A DNA stretch of 64,000 bases, from contig NIVC01000036.1 in the NCBI GenBank assembly GCA_002269645.1, positions 186,001-250,000 of the forward strand, read 5' to 3'. Below the pieces are notes generated by a model, which saw only the letters and a list, made by a program, of their open reading frames with translations, had not been told where the DNA came from and ran no database searches. A program made the position numbers and the translations under genes. The DNA comes from Macrostomum lignano. Taxonomy: Eukaryota. Below, piece by piece: positions 38,201-52,201 of this stretch (position 1 is the first letter of the stretch; each line of letters starts with the position of its first letter).

Positions 38201-41127
38201 CCAAAATCACCGATTCTCTTCACCTGAGATCCCAAATCGTCGGTTATCTTGACCGGAGATCAAAAATCACCGGTTCTCTTCACCTAAGATCCCAAATCGC
38301 CGGTTATCTTGACCGGAGATCAAAAATCACCGGTTCTCTTCACCTGAAGATCCCAAATCACCGGTTATCTTGACTGAGATCAAAAATCACCGGTTCTCTT
38401 CACCTGAGATCCCAAATCGCCGGTTATCTTGACCGGAGATCCAAAATCACCGGTTCTCTTCACCTGAGATCCCAAATCACCGGTTCTCTTTACCTGAGAT
38501 CCCAAATCACCGATTCTCTTCACCTGAGATCCCAAATCGCCGGTTATCTTGACCGGAGATCCAAAATCACCGGTTCTCTTCACCTGAGATCCCAAATCGC
38601 CGGTTATCTTGACCTGAGATCAAATCACCGGTTCTCTTCACCTGAGATCCCAAATCGCCGGTTATCTTCACCTGAGATCCAAAATCACCGGTTCTCTTCA
38701 CCTGAGATCCCAAATCGCCGGTTATCTTGACTGGAGATCCCAAATCACCGGTTCTCTTCACCTGAGATCCCAAATCACCGGTTATCTTCACCTGAGATCC
38801 CAAATCACCGGTTCTCTTCACCTGAGATCCCAAATCACCGGTTATCTTGACCGGAGATAAAAAATCACCGGTTCTCTTCACCTGAGATCCCAAATCACCG
38901 GTTATCTTCACCTGAGATCCAAAATCACCGGTTCTCTTCACCTGAGATCCCAAATCACCGGTTATCTTGACCGGAGACGGAAAAAATCACCGGTTCTCTT
39001 CACCTGAGATCCCAAATCGTCGGTTATCTTGACCGGAGATCCAAAATCACCGGTTCTCTTCACCTGAGATCCCAAATCGCCGGTTATCTTGACCGGAGAC
39101 GGAGATCCAAAATCACCGGTTCTCTTCACCTGAGATCCCAAATCGTCGGTTATCTTGACCGGAGATCAAAAATCACCGGTTCTCTTCACCTAGATCCCAA
39201 ATCGCCGGTTATCTTGACCGGAGATCAAAAATCACCGGTTCTCTTCACCTAAGATCCCAAATCACCGGTTCTCTTTACTGAGAAACAAATCACCGGTTCT
39301 CTTCACCTGAGATCCCAAATCGCCGGTTATCTTGACCGGAGATCCAAAATCACCGGTTCTCTTCACCTGAGATCCCAAATCACCGGTTATCTTTACCTGA
39401 GATCCCAAATCACCGATTCTCTTCACCTGAGATCCCAAATCGCCGGTTATCTTGACCGGAGACGGAGATCCAAAATCACCGATTCTCTTCACCTGAGATC
39501 CCAAATCGCCGGTTATCTTGACCGGAGATCAAAATCACCGGTTCTCTTCACCTGAGATCCCAAATCGCCGGTTATCTTCACCTGAGATCCAAAATCACCG
39601 GTTCTCTTCACCTGAGATCCCAAATCGCCGGTTATCTTGACTGGAGATCCAAAATCACCGGTTCTCTTCACCTGAGATCCCAAACACCGGTTCTCTTTAC
39701 CCGAGATCCTAAATCACCGGTTCTCTTCACCTGAGATCCCAAATCACCGGTTATCTTGACCGGAGATAAAAAATCACCGGTTCTCTTCACCTGAGATCCC
39801 AAATCGCCGGTTATCTTCACCGAGATCCAAAATCACCGGTTCTCTTCACCTGAGATCCCAAATCGCCGGTTATCTTGACCGGAGACGGAGATCCAAAATC
39901 ACCGGTTCTCTTCACCTGAGATCCCAAATCGTCGGTTATCTTGACCGGAGATAAAAATCACCGGTTCTCTTCACCTGAGATCCCAAATCGCCGGTTATCT
40001 TGACCGGAGATCAAAATCACCGGTTCTCTTCACCTAAGATCCCAAATCACCGGTTCTCTTTAACTGAGAAACAAATCACCGGTTCTCTTCACCTGAGATC
40101 CCAAATCGCCGGTTATCTTGACCGGAGATCCAAAATCACCGGTTCTCTTCACCTGAGATCCCAAATCACCGGTTCTCTTTACCTGAGATCAAATCACCGA
40201 TTCTCTTCACCTGAGATCCCAAATCGCCGGTTATCTTGACCGGAGACGGAGATCCAAAATCACCGATTCTCTTCACCTGAGATCCCAAATCGCCGGTTAT
40301 CTTGACCGGAGATCAAAAATCACCGGTTCTCTTCACCTGAGATCCCAAATCGCCGGTTATCTTGACCGGAGATAAAAAATCACCGGTTCTCTTCACCTGA
40401 GATCCAAAATCACCGGTTCTCTTCACCTGAGATCCCAAATCGCCGGTTATCTTGACCGGAGACAGATCCAAAATCACCGGTTCTCTTCACCTGAGATCCC
40501 AAATCGCCGGTTATCTTGACCGGAGATCAAAAATCACCGGTTCTCTTCACCTGAGATCCCAAATCGCCGGTTATCTTGACCGGAGATCAAAAATCACCGG
40601 TTCTCTTCACCTGAGATCCCAAATCGCCGGTTATCTTGACCGGAGATAAAAAATCACCGGTTCTCTTCACCTGAGATCCCAAATCACCGGTTATCTTCAC
40701 CTGAGATCCAAAATCACCGGTTCTCTTCACCTGAGATCCCAAATCGCCGGTTATCTTGACTGGAGATCCAAAATCACCGGTTCTCTTCACCTGAGATCCC
40801 AAACACCGGTTCTCTTTACCCGAGATCCTAAATCACCGGTTCTCCTCACCTGAGATCCCAAATCGCCGGATTTCTTTACCTGAGATCCCAAATCACCGAT
40901 TCTCTTCACCCAAGATCCCAAATCAGCCGATTCTCTTCACCTGAGATCCCAAATCACCGGTTCTCTTTACCTGATATCCCAAATCACCGGTTCTCTTCAC
41001 CTGAGATCCCAAATCACCGGTTCAGCGGTTCTCTTCACCTGAGATCCCAAATCAGCGGTTATCTTCACCTGAGATCCCAAATCACCGGTTCTCTTCACCT
41101 GAGATCCCAAATCGCCGGTTATCTTGA
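32262..41127. repeat. ~8.9-kb 30-bp satellite (TGAGATCCCAAATCACCGGTTCTCTTCACC) with higher-order variants
   Basis: Direct reading; recurring variant monomers (GGAGACGGAG, TTAACTGAGAAAC). Confidence 0.98.
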
Positions 41128-41855
41128 ACATCTTGAACGCAGGGTAAGCATATTTGTCAATAAAAGTATTATTAGTAAATGAATTTTCTGCAAACTCGGA
41201 GGATTAGTAAAAAGCATATTAGAATTGTAGAATCAGGGATCAGTTGATGGTAAGACTTGACATAGCTGAGTAATAATGGCTTGACTTCCATCAGCTATGC
41301 CAAAATCTTGCCTCCCACTGAGTAATCCCAGCTTTCTTAATAATAATTCTTCCGCTAATGTTTCCACAAAAGACGCAGTTAGTTAATTAACAAACTTTAT
41401 TTCGTAATTGTCCTATGGAGCAAAAACTGGCAAAGTAAGGACAGGACACAGCGGAGGGGGGTGCTGCTTGTCCTTCCTATACTCAAAACTCCGCTCTCTG
41501 GCTGGCCTATTCTCAGTGCTGTTATAACTGATAAGATAAGATGCGAAATTGCCTAGTTTAGGTTAGAGAGGCTTGCTTTATAAATAAATAAGTTAGGAGT
41601 AGGACTAAGGAGTTCGGGGGTCCTACTCTATTGCTATCGTATTGAAAAATTATTGGTTTGTACGCCTGCGCTCTATACTGGATTTGAACTTCATTCAAAT
41701 AAATGAAACAACTTGAGATCGTATAATTTAGAGTAAGAAGTTAAAATTATATAATAGCTAGTGCTAGATCTTTGAAAAGTAAACTGTCCCAGTCCCAGAT
41801 AGCATCGCAATGCGACGAAAATCCTCCCATTCCCTGTTCCCTCCTTCTCCGGAAC

Positions 41856-41936
41856 TTGTGTTTAAAGGAAGCCCAGGCCCTGTGGGCCCTGTCCCTTGTG
41901 TTTAAAGGAAGCCCAGGCCCTGTGGGCCCTGTCCCA
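41856..41936. repeat. Two-copy ~39-bp tandem duplication (TTGTGTTTAAAGGAAGCCCAGGCCCTGTGGGCCCTGTCC)
   Basis: Direct reading. Confidence 0.9.
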
Positions 41937-42566
41937 GAGGCTGAGCCGGGGAGCCCTACTGTTTACAAGCGGCGGGCTCGCAAGTGCGCATTTCAAGGTC
42001 GAGTTATACAACTTATACTAGTATAGTAGGATAGATTGTAAAACATCTGTTCAATATGGATTTTTATCCTAGCCGTATACTAGTCTTCCCCAGTTATTTT
42101 ATGATTATTAGTATAATAGGTTATAGGTAAGGCAGTAGTCGCGCTACTAGACATGGTAATTTGGTAATGCTATAAAAAATTACGGCACAACCGAACTTCG
42201 ACTAACTGAAAAAGCAAGCAAGGCAAAATTGCTACAATTAATGCAACAGTTGTTGCTTCGGGTTGGGGTAGCGCGATTTCTTTCTTATGAATGTACTTTT
42301 CGTTACGCCCCCCTACGGCCCTACCTAGTCCGAGGCTTAGGCCTTTCTCGAAACACTCGATTTATATAGTTATACCAAGGCTACAACATTACTATTAGTA
42401 GGTAAAATCTAACAAAGCAGAAAGACCAATGTCCAATGAACATCTACATCGCATTGATGATTCATCCCAACTATTTTCTAAATAAGAAGGTAATCCACAC
42501 CACACATACTAAAAATACAAATTAAAGTTTCTTACAGTTACAGTTACAGTTTCTTCTTAAGACTTA

Positions 42567-43070
42567 CAGTTACACTGCAATCAAAGTTAGCCTTCGCAGC
42601 CGTTGGCGTTGGTTGTGGAGCTGCGAGATTTCAGGACAACTGAACTCGGAACAGCCCGACACACCCTATTGTGAGCTCAGTCAGTCCTCTTATCTTTAAC
42701 GACTTAAAAAGGCTTTGGACAAGCATTGGCTGCTGTCTTTACAGCGCGCCAAGCCTTCACGCCTTCACTTTGTTTTCTACCAGTAAGCACGCACAGCCGA
42801 AACTTCAATATATAAAGCCTCTCTGATTTGAGGTTGTGGTGGGGTTGGAGGGGCCACGGGTGGATGGGGTGGTGGGCCGGGTGAAGAAAACCAATTCAGA
42901 CCAACACCACTCCTCTCTCTCCGTACGCGGCGCCGCCACCCCACCCCACCTCCCCAAACTTATTAAACGCGCCGCACCGCTCCATTTCCTAGCCCCACTG
43001 AGAAGACTGGGCGGCCTGCACACAGTGCACACAGCGCGACCGTCCAATCTACCCCCCCCCTCTTAAATTT
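42567..43070 (-). promoter_or_regulatory. Candidate promoter and non-coding first exon
   Basis: GC/CACCC-box-rich block at 42830-43070, TATA-like TTTATATAT at about 42808-42816 (minus strand), GTAAGT donor at about 42567. Confidence 0.3.
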
Positions 43071-43799
43071 CCAAACCAGCCAACCCCGGGCAGCGCTATC
43101 GATGTTTACCCTTCCCCTTGCCCCGGAGATTTGAAACCAATAATAGAGCTTAGTGTGGGAGCTTGAGAGGAAACGGTACTATGAGAGCGGGAGCTTCGAC
43201 TCTCAAGATTCGATTGGGGATTGAACATTAAAACTTGATTGAATGAGTTTTAGAAAAATAAGAAACAGCCCGTTTGTCTTGCAGTATGGTGACTGGTCTA
43301 TACTTGTAACCAACACTATTAGATATACTACTAAAGCTACCTCGCCTACCTGTGGCGTACTGGCGTAGCCAAGTTCATGACACTTATGACCCCCTGTCAG
43401 CTGACCCCCAATAAAAGTCGGCGGAGTTTAAGCTGTTATTTTGAACTCTCATTTCAAAGAAACTACAAAAAACCGGTGCATTTTTGAGCCACGTGCATGT
43501 ATATGTATATACGCATTCTGAAATCCCATTCGATGGCAAACTGTTTTCGTCTGGATTTTATTTTAGATATATTCCAAAAGTATTAGAATTGAATCGAAAA
43601 TATTTTTCAGCTATTTATACAATAAAAGCCAAAAATGAATGATGCAACACAGATATCCTTATTTATCTTATTCTTCTTTTGCTCTTTAAGTCTGATTAAT
43701 TAATATTGCATATATGGCAGCTGCTGACACAGTAAGATCCCTGAAGCTCTAGCTATATGTCTGGGTAATTTGCTTTATAAAAAAATCCCAACTCGAAAA

Positions 43800-44700
43800 C
43801 CCTGTTTACCCTTTTCTCCCACAACAACTCTCTCTTCCTCTCCCTTTCACCCCTCTCCCTCTCCCTCTTCTTCTTCTCTCTTCCTTTCCCTCTCCCTTTC
43901 CCTCACCCTCTTCCTCATCCTCTCCCCCCTCCCTCTTCTTCCTCTCTCTCCCCTCCCTCTTCTTCATCCTCTCTCCCCCTCTCTCCCTCTCCCTCTCCCT
44001 CTTACTCTCCCTCTCTCTCCCTCTCCCTCTCTCTCTCTCCATCTTCTTCCTCTCTCTCTCTTTCCCTCTCCCTCTCCCTCCCCCTCTCCCTCCCCCTCTC
44101 CCTCTCCCTCTTACTCTCCCTCTCTCTCCCTCTCCCTCTCTCTCCCTCTCTCCGTCTCTCTCCCTCTCCCTCTCCCCTCCCTCTCCCTCTCCCTCTCCCT
44201 CTCTCTCTCCCTCTCCCTCTCCCTCTCCCTCTCACTCTCCCTCTCCCTCTTTCTCTTCTTCCTCACTCCCTCTCTCTCTTCTTCCTCTCTCCCTCTCCCT
44301 CTCCCTCCCCCTCTCCCTCTCCCTCTCCCCCCCTCTCCCTCTCCCTCTCCCTCTTACTCTCCCTCTCTCTCCCTCTCTCCGTCTCCCTCTCTCTCTCCAT
44401 CTTCTTCCTCTCTCTCCCTCTCCCTCTCCCTCTCCCTCTCCCTCTCCCTCTCCCTCTCCCTCCCCCTCTCCCTCTCCCTCTCCCTCTCCCTCTCCCTCTC
44501 CCTCTCCCCTCCCTCTCCCTCTCCCTCTCCCTCTCTCTCTCCATCTCCCTCTCCCTCTCCCTCTCACTCTCCCTCTCCCTCTTTCTCTTCTTCCTCACTC
44601 CCTCTCTCTCTTCTTCCTCTCTCCCTCTCCCTCCCTCTTTCTCTCCCTCTTCTTCATATCTCTCTCTCCCTGTTTATCTTCCTCTGCCTCTCACCTCTGC
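43800..44700. repeat. (CT)n/(CCCTCT)n pyrimidine tract
   Basis: Direct reading. Confidence 0.95.
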
Positions 44701-45289
44701 CGTAAAATGAAGATGCAAAACCATCAAACTTATAAAGAGCCTCCTTTCTCTTAGCTATAGCTAGATTCGAGCACACCACAGTAACATCCCGTTTTTTTGA
44801 TCCGGTCAGATTCGATAGTTATGTGCTTGCTGCTAATCCCAGTATTAGTTGTCTTTCTAATTATCTATTAAATACGGCTAACGCTCGATCGGATCTTATA
44901 GAATGCAGAAGAATAAAGGATTTAAATCACCTGAAACCTTAGATTATTATTTGTAATACTTTAATATACTATGGCTAGTATACATTCCTCAATGTCTTTC
45001 TTGTTCTTCGATTTCGCCCCCTTCCCTGCCCCCGGGCTTACCAAGAGTTTGGCGGTTCTGGCAGTCCGATCGATACGGATACCCCAGGAGGATCTTTGGT
45101 TTCTCCTCATCATTATCTGTCTTATCTGTCCTATAGCTGTCGCCCTGTAGCCCCTGTTCAATAATCTGTAATGTTACATGCGGTCCTGCCGTTGTATCTG
45201 AATCTGATTGCTGAAATGTTAAATTCAGGTACTAAATAATACTGTGCAGTTTGAATGACTCACCACTTGGAGAATTATTCTTTAACAGT

Positions 45290-46455
45290 GGCGCCACTGA
45301 TCTCTAATATAGGCGCCACTGATCTCTAATATTGGCGCCACTGATCTCTAACATTGGCACCACTGAACTCTAATGATAGCGCCACTGATCTCTAACACTG
45401 GCGCTACTGATCTCTAATGATGGCGCCACTGATCTCTAACACTGGCGCTACTGATCTCTAACACTGGCGCCACTGATCTCTAACATTGGCGCCACTGAAC
45501 TCTAATGATAGCGCCACTGAACTCTAATGATAGCGCCACTGATCTCTAACATTTAGCGCCACTGATCTCTAACACTGGCGCCACTGATCTCTAAAGATAG
45601 CGCCACTGATCTCTAACATTTAGCGCCACTGATCTCTAACACTGGCGCCACTGATCTCTAACTAAGGCGCCACTGATCTCTAATATTGGCGCCACTGATC
45701 TCTAATATTGGCGCCACTGATCTCTAATATTGGCGCCACTGATCTCTAATATTGGCGCCACTGATCTCTAATATTGGCGCCACTGATCTCTAATGATAGC
45801 GCCACTGATCTCTAACACTGGCGCTACTGATCTCTAACACTGGCGCCACTGATCTCTAATATAGGCGCCAATGATCTCTAATATAGGCGCCAATGATCTC
45901 TAATATAGGCGCCAATGATCTCAAAAATTGGCGCCACTGATCTCTAATGATGGCGCTACTGATCTCTAACACTGGCGCCAATGATCTCTAATATAGGCGC
46001 CAATGATCTCTAATATAGGCGCCAATGATCTCTAATATAGGCGCCAATGATCTCTAATATAGGCGCCAATGATCTCTAATATAGGCGCCACTGATCTCTA
46101 ACATTGGCGCCACTGATCTCTAATGATGGCGCCACTGATCTCTAATATTGGCGCCACTGATCTCTAACACTGGCGCCACTGATCTCTAACATTGGCGCCA
46201 CTGAACTCTAATGATAGCGCCACTGATCTCTAACATTTAGCGCCACTGATCTCTAACTAAGGCGCCACTGATCTCTAATATAGGCGCCACTGATCTCTAA
46301 TGATGGCGCTACTGATCTCTAACACTGGCGCTACTGATCTCTAACACTGGCGCCAATGATCTCTAATATAGGCGCCAATGATCTCTGATAAAAATATCTC
46401 TAGGCGCCAATTGGCGCCATTATCTCTAATATTGGCGCCACTTATCTCTAGGCGC
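45290..46455. repeat. 22-bp minisatellite (GGCGCCACTGATCTCTAATATT)
   Basis: Direct reading. Confidence 0.96.
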
Positions 46456-46760
46456 CACAGGTACCATGGCGCCATTATTGTCATTGTCTCTATTTTGTAC
46501 ATTTTTAGCGCGCGACTTCGACTTCTCATTCAAAATAATTCTCAGTCAACAAAAATTCCCAGCCAATTTCAAGGCCGAACGAGTTCCTTCAGTCAGCTTT
46601 TTCAGCTTCCGCGTCATTTGATGATGGATTTCAATTTCTCGGTTGATTGACTGTGCGGTTGAAGCGACTTTTGAAGCAGCTGCGCAAGTCATCAATATCA
46701 GAAATATTGAGAAACTTCTGCCGCAGTGAAAGAAGGAAATCTATAGCTTATTCTGGTCTG

Positions 46761-47511
46761 GTGAGACACTCACTGCTCACTCAGGTGAGACACTCACTGC
46801 TCACTCAGGTGAGACACTCACTACTCACTCAGGTGAGTCACTCACTGCGCATTCAGGTGAGACACTCACTGCTCACTCAGGTGAGATACTCACTGCGCAT
46901 TCAGGTGAGACACTCACTTCTCACTCAGATGAGACACTCACTGCTCACTCAGGTGAGACACTCACTGCTCACTCAGGTAAGTCACTCACTGCGCATTCAG
47001 GTGAGACACTCACTGCTCCCTCAGGTGAGATACTCACTACTCACTCAGGTGAGACACTCACTACTCACTCAGGTGACACTCTCACTGCTTACTCAGGTGA
47101 GATACTCACTACTCACTCAGGTGAGATACTCACTACTCACTCAGGTGAGACACTCACTGCTTACTCAGGTGAGACACTCACTACTCACTCAGGTGTGATA
47201 CTCACTGCTCACTCAGGTGAGATACTCACTACTCACTCAGGTGAGACACTCACTACTCGATCAGGTGAGACACTCACTGCTTACTCAGGTGAGACACTCA
47301 CTGCTTACTCAGGTGAGATACTCACTACTCACTCAGGTGAGATACTCACTACTCAATCAGGTGAGATACTCACTACTCACTCAGGTGAGATACTCACTAC
47401 TCAATCAGGTGAGATACTCACTACTCACTCAGGTGAGACACTCACTGCTCACTTAGGTGAGACACTCACTACTCACTTAGGTGAGACACTCACTGCTCAC
47501 TCAGGTGAGAT
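46761..47511. repeat. 24-bp minisatellite (TCAGGTGAGACACTCACTGCTCAC), internally palindromic
   Basis: About 31 copies; GTGAG-ACA-CTCAC hairpin in each unit. Confidence 0.96.
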
Positions 47512-47557
47512 ATACATTGTCAGAATGTATATTATGTGAATGTATGAATGTATAATA

Positions 47558-48712
47558 TGGTTGTCAGAAAAGTTCTGTGTATTAGAGAATAGCTCAGCTC
47601 TATGAATAGCTGAAGAGTTGGGGTTTTAGCCATAGATATATACATATATAAAGAGTCGCTAGCTTCAGTTTCAGAGCACCAGATCATTTCTAGCCAAAAT
47701 AGCAGTCATTTTTCAACCACACCCATGGCGCATTCCGTCCCGCGAGAGAGTTTTTCTAAACGCAACAATCGAGCGATCATCAAGTTTCATGTCCTTCAGG
47801 GGCGTTCAGCAAACGAGATTTTTGAAGAAATGCGGCAGACCATAGGATACTTTTGCCCATCTTATGAGACGATTCGCCGCTATGGGCTATTGCCATTCGC
47901 AACGGCAAAGAAGACCTCGACGACAAGCCACGCAGTGGATGACCAACGAGTGCTCGGACTGACAGCCTGGTGAGTCAGGTGGAGGCAGCCGTGTTGCAGG
48001 GCCGGAGACTGAGCACCAGGCAGCTGGCTGATGCCATAGGGGTGTCCCACGACTCAGTCCACAAAATCCTGACTGAGGACCTTGGGATGGGCAAGTTCTG
48101 TGCCAAGTGGGTGCAGCATCTGCTCACTGACGATCAGCGGGCTCGGGGGCGGGTCGCCATGTGCGCACCCAACCTGCAGCGGTATCGGCGGGAGGGCATG
48201 GCGTTCCTGCAAAGGATCGTTGCCTGCGCATTCTCTACCTGTCAGTTCTGGTGAAATTTCGGCGTGCCATTCGGGACAAAAGGCCTGCACTTCACGCGGC
48301 TGGCCCGATTCTGCTTCACGACAACGCAGCCCCGCACCGAAAGCAAAGCGTGCTGGCTACGATCGAGTCGTGTGGGTGGGAAATTCTTCCGCATCCGCCT
48401 TATTCCCCGGACTTAAGTCCATGCGACTTTTTCCTCTTCCCTCGCATCAAGGAGTCGATGCGGGGCCAGCGTTTCAGAACGCAGAGGAAGACGTGAATCG
48501 GGCCTACAAGGCTGGCATTGCCACCGTGACGAACAATGGCATGACTGCAGGCATTGACGGGCTGGTGCGGCGTTGGGAGAAGTGCATTGAAGCTGAGGGC
48601 TCATACTTTGAGTGAATAGATGTTAAGGAAGACATTTGTAACTTTTCATGTTTCTACTGTTTATCGTTCTTAAGTTATTACAATGTACACAGAACTTTTC
48701 TGACAACCCTCA
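47558..48712 (+). mobile_element. Defective mariner (Tc1/mariner) transposon, 1155 bp
   Basis: TIR GGTTGTCAGAAAAGTTCTGTGT at both ends, flanking TA; left TIR lacks 3 bp relative to the right. Confidence 0.93.
47725..48615 (+). pseudogene. Mariner transposase pseudogene (frameshifts, internal deletion)
   Basis: HTH region, WVQHLL (WVPHEL-like), LLHDNAAPH, HPPYSPDLSPCDFFLF, RWEKCIEAEGSYFE. The segment carrying the first catalytic Asp is missing between RIV and YLSVL. Confidence 0.93.
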
Positions 48713-49189
48713 TAAAAGAAGGTTTATGCTTTCCCTAAAAGCATATCCTTACACATCATTACACATTCTGGAGAATCATAAAAACGAATACCATGAAAAT
48801 GGAGAGAAAAACTATGCTCAACTTTAAGTAGCCATATTTGCAGCAAATATTTTTTTCTGACTTATTTTTACACCGCAAGTTAAAGCCGGCGGGCTCTCTG
48901 TGACCTCTCTAGATTTGTTTGCCAAGGGCAGGACCCCCGACTCTGAGCTGCAAACAACTCTTCAAATGTGAATGACAAGAGCTATTGGTAAGTTTTATTC
49001 ACGAGCACGACTGCGCTCCATGGCCTATTGGACTGAGTACACAATATGTAGAATCCATGAGAGCTTGGCTTAAAAAACTGTACAAGTACTCGTATAGAAT
49101 TTCGTAATTTCAGTGCACTTTTTGGGACTGTCTTTGTTTGTCTGTGTGTGATGTGGTCCTGGCTAGACCGTTTCCACCTTTATGTGTCG

Positions 49190-49455
49190 TATTCTCCTCT
49201 CTCATCTCTCGTATCTCTCTCCTCTTCTATTCCTCTTCTTTTATTAGCTCTCTTCTCTCTCCTTTTCTTATCTCTCTCATCTCATCTTACCTCTTCCTTC
49301 TCTTATCTCTCTCCTCTCCTCTTATCTCTCTTCTCCCATCTCTCCTCTCTTTTCTCATCTAACCTCTCCTCTTCTCCCATCTCTCTTTCCTCTCTCTTTC
49401 TCTCTGTTCTCCTCTTGCCTCATCTCTGCTCCATTCTTCTCTCATCTTACCGTTC
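49190..49455. repeat. CT-rich low-complexity tract
   Basis: Direct reading. Confidence 0.9.
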
Positions 49456-49784
49456 CTATTGTCTCACTCCACGGGTTTTTTTATCATCATGACAATGAAA
49501 AATTAAAACCAAAAAACGCAGTCACAAAGATAGGTTTGCAAGCATTAAACTTTGAGTCGCGGATTTTCCCAGAGAAAGGAAACACACACGTAGGTCACTA
49601 GATTGCTAGCGCAAGCAGGTGGTTGGTTACCTGGCGGGGTATCAATTGGTTTCCGCTCCGACTTTATTGTGTGGTTGCCGCAAATTAGAAAAGTAAACAA
49701 ATTGATTTGTGACGGAGTCACGAAGGTCAATCTAATTAAAGCAAAGTAGAGGGACACACGCAAATAGGATAGGGTATAAGGAAA

Positions 49785-50375
49785 GAAGAGACAAAGAGAG
49801 AGGAAGGGAAAGGAAGGTAGGGAGGAAGGGGAAGAAGAAGGGAGAGGAAGGGAGAAAGGAAGAAAGAGAAGAAGGGAGAGGAAGGGAGAGAAAAAGGGAG
49901 AGGAAGGCAGAGAAGAAGTGAGAGGAATGGAGAGACGAAGGGAGAGGGTAAGGGAGAGAGGAAGGGAGAGGAAGGGAGAGGAAGGGAGAGGAAGGGAGAG
50001 GAAGGGAGAGGAAGGGAGAGGAAGGGAGAGAGGAAGAAAGAGAAAAAGGGAGAGGAAGGGAGAGAAGAAGGGAGAGGAAGGCAGAGAAGAAGTGAGAGGA
50101 ATGGAGAGACGAAGGGAGAGGGTAAGGGAGAGAGGAAGGGAGAGGAAGGGAGAGGAAGGGAGAGGAAGGGAGAGGAAGGGAGAGGAAGGGAGAGGAAGGG
50201 AGAGAGGAAGAAAGAGAAAAAGGGAGAGGAAGGGAGAGAAGAAGGGAGAGGAAGGCAGAGAAGAAGGGAGAGGAATGGAGAGACGAAGGGAGAGGAATGG
50301 AGAGACGAAGGGAGAGGAATGGAGAGGGTAAGGGAGAGAGGAAGGGAGAGGAAGGGAGAGACGAAGATAGAGAGA
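49785..50375. repeat. (GGAAGGGAGA)n purine tract with internal duplication
   Basis: Direct reading. Confidence 0.92.
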
Positions 50376-51016
50376 GAATTCATAACAGGCTCCATAGAAC
50401 TCTGCATTACTTTTAAAAAGTCTCAACACTAGCGCTGGCCAAAAAGGAAAATGTTTCTCAGAAATTGCTCCAAATTATAATAGGTGATACAGGTGAAGAC
50501 CCCAATTTAAACTATAAAAAACACTGAAAGGTTATTGCGCACAAAATGTGCTTAGAAAATTATAAGCACGTTGTTTTATTCATTACGGCGCCGAATAATA
50601 TATTTATATATATTTAAACTAATAATAAGCACTCTGCGATATTAACGGCAAACATTGGCACGCACTGGCATACAGTATTGTATATAGTTGAGATTATAAA
50701 GGACCACACGCAGCGGTGTTGCATATGCGACTAACTGCATTGCATATTGAATTGCTGGGCAAACAGTTCGGGAACACCATGCATGCATTTTTCTCCAGTT
50801 TGTTTGACAGCCAAAGTCGAGCTGTCAGAGCTTATTCCCCCCCCCACCCACCCCAGATTTTTGAGTCGAGTTTGACTTACTGAGTCAACACAGATTACTC
50901 TCTTGTATTACTGCCTGCTCATATTCATATCTGCATGGCCTGGGAAGCGAGGTGAATGGGTTTGTTGGAACAGCGATTTAGAAATTAACGACAGCTTATA
51001 AATCTGTTGCAAACAT

Positions 51017-51265
<249 letters not shown>

Positions 51266-51701
51266 TAGATAGCGAGAAAGAGCGAGCGAAGCGAGCTCTT
51301 TCGAGCTTGCTTGCCGCAGCCAATCAAGCTGAATGCACGCACACAAGATCACCGGAAACGATTAAGGCAGCTGGAAAGCCAATGGGCGCGGTAAGCGCTT
51401 TTATCCAGAGGAACTACCTGCTGGAACCAGCCTGCCGTTCGAAAATCAGACTACTCAAGTAGTGCAAAAGAGTGCGAGCAACTACCGAGAAATCTAATTT
51501 TCGTAACCGCTCCGGTGCAGGTCCTGGCAATAGATGGTAGATAGCGAGAAAGAGCGAGCGAAGCGAGCTCTTTCGAGCTTGCTTGCCGCAGCCAATCAAG
51601 CTGAATGCACGCACACAAGATCACCGGAAACGATTAAGGCAGCTGGAAAGCCAATGGGCGCGGTAAGCGCTTTTATCCAGAGGAACTACCTGCTGGAACC
51701 A
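51266..51701. repeat. Duplicated ~165-bp module (period 272 bp) with two CCAAT boxes per copy, between GATA runs
   Basis: 51266-51428 repeats at 51538-51700. Confidence 0.9.
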
Positions 51702-51702
51702 C

Positions 51703-52201
<499 letters not shown>

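Noticed and set aside
38300-40500. Excess single-base indels within the large satellite
   Set aside because: Pattern is typical of long-read consensus error in low-coverage repeat; not treated as biology.
46761-47511. Palindromic 24-bp repeats resembling CRISPR direct repeats
   Set aside because: No unique spacers, no cas genes, eukaryotic context.
51266-51701. Possible retrozyme (tandem ~270-bp monomer with hammerhead ribozyme)
   Set aside because: No CUGANGA...GAAA core on either strand; isolated CTGATGA/CTGACGA at about 32134 and 6263 also lack stem II and GAAA.
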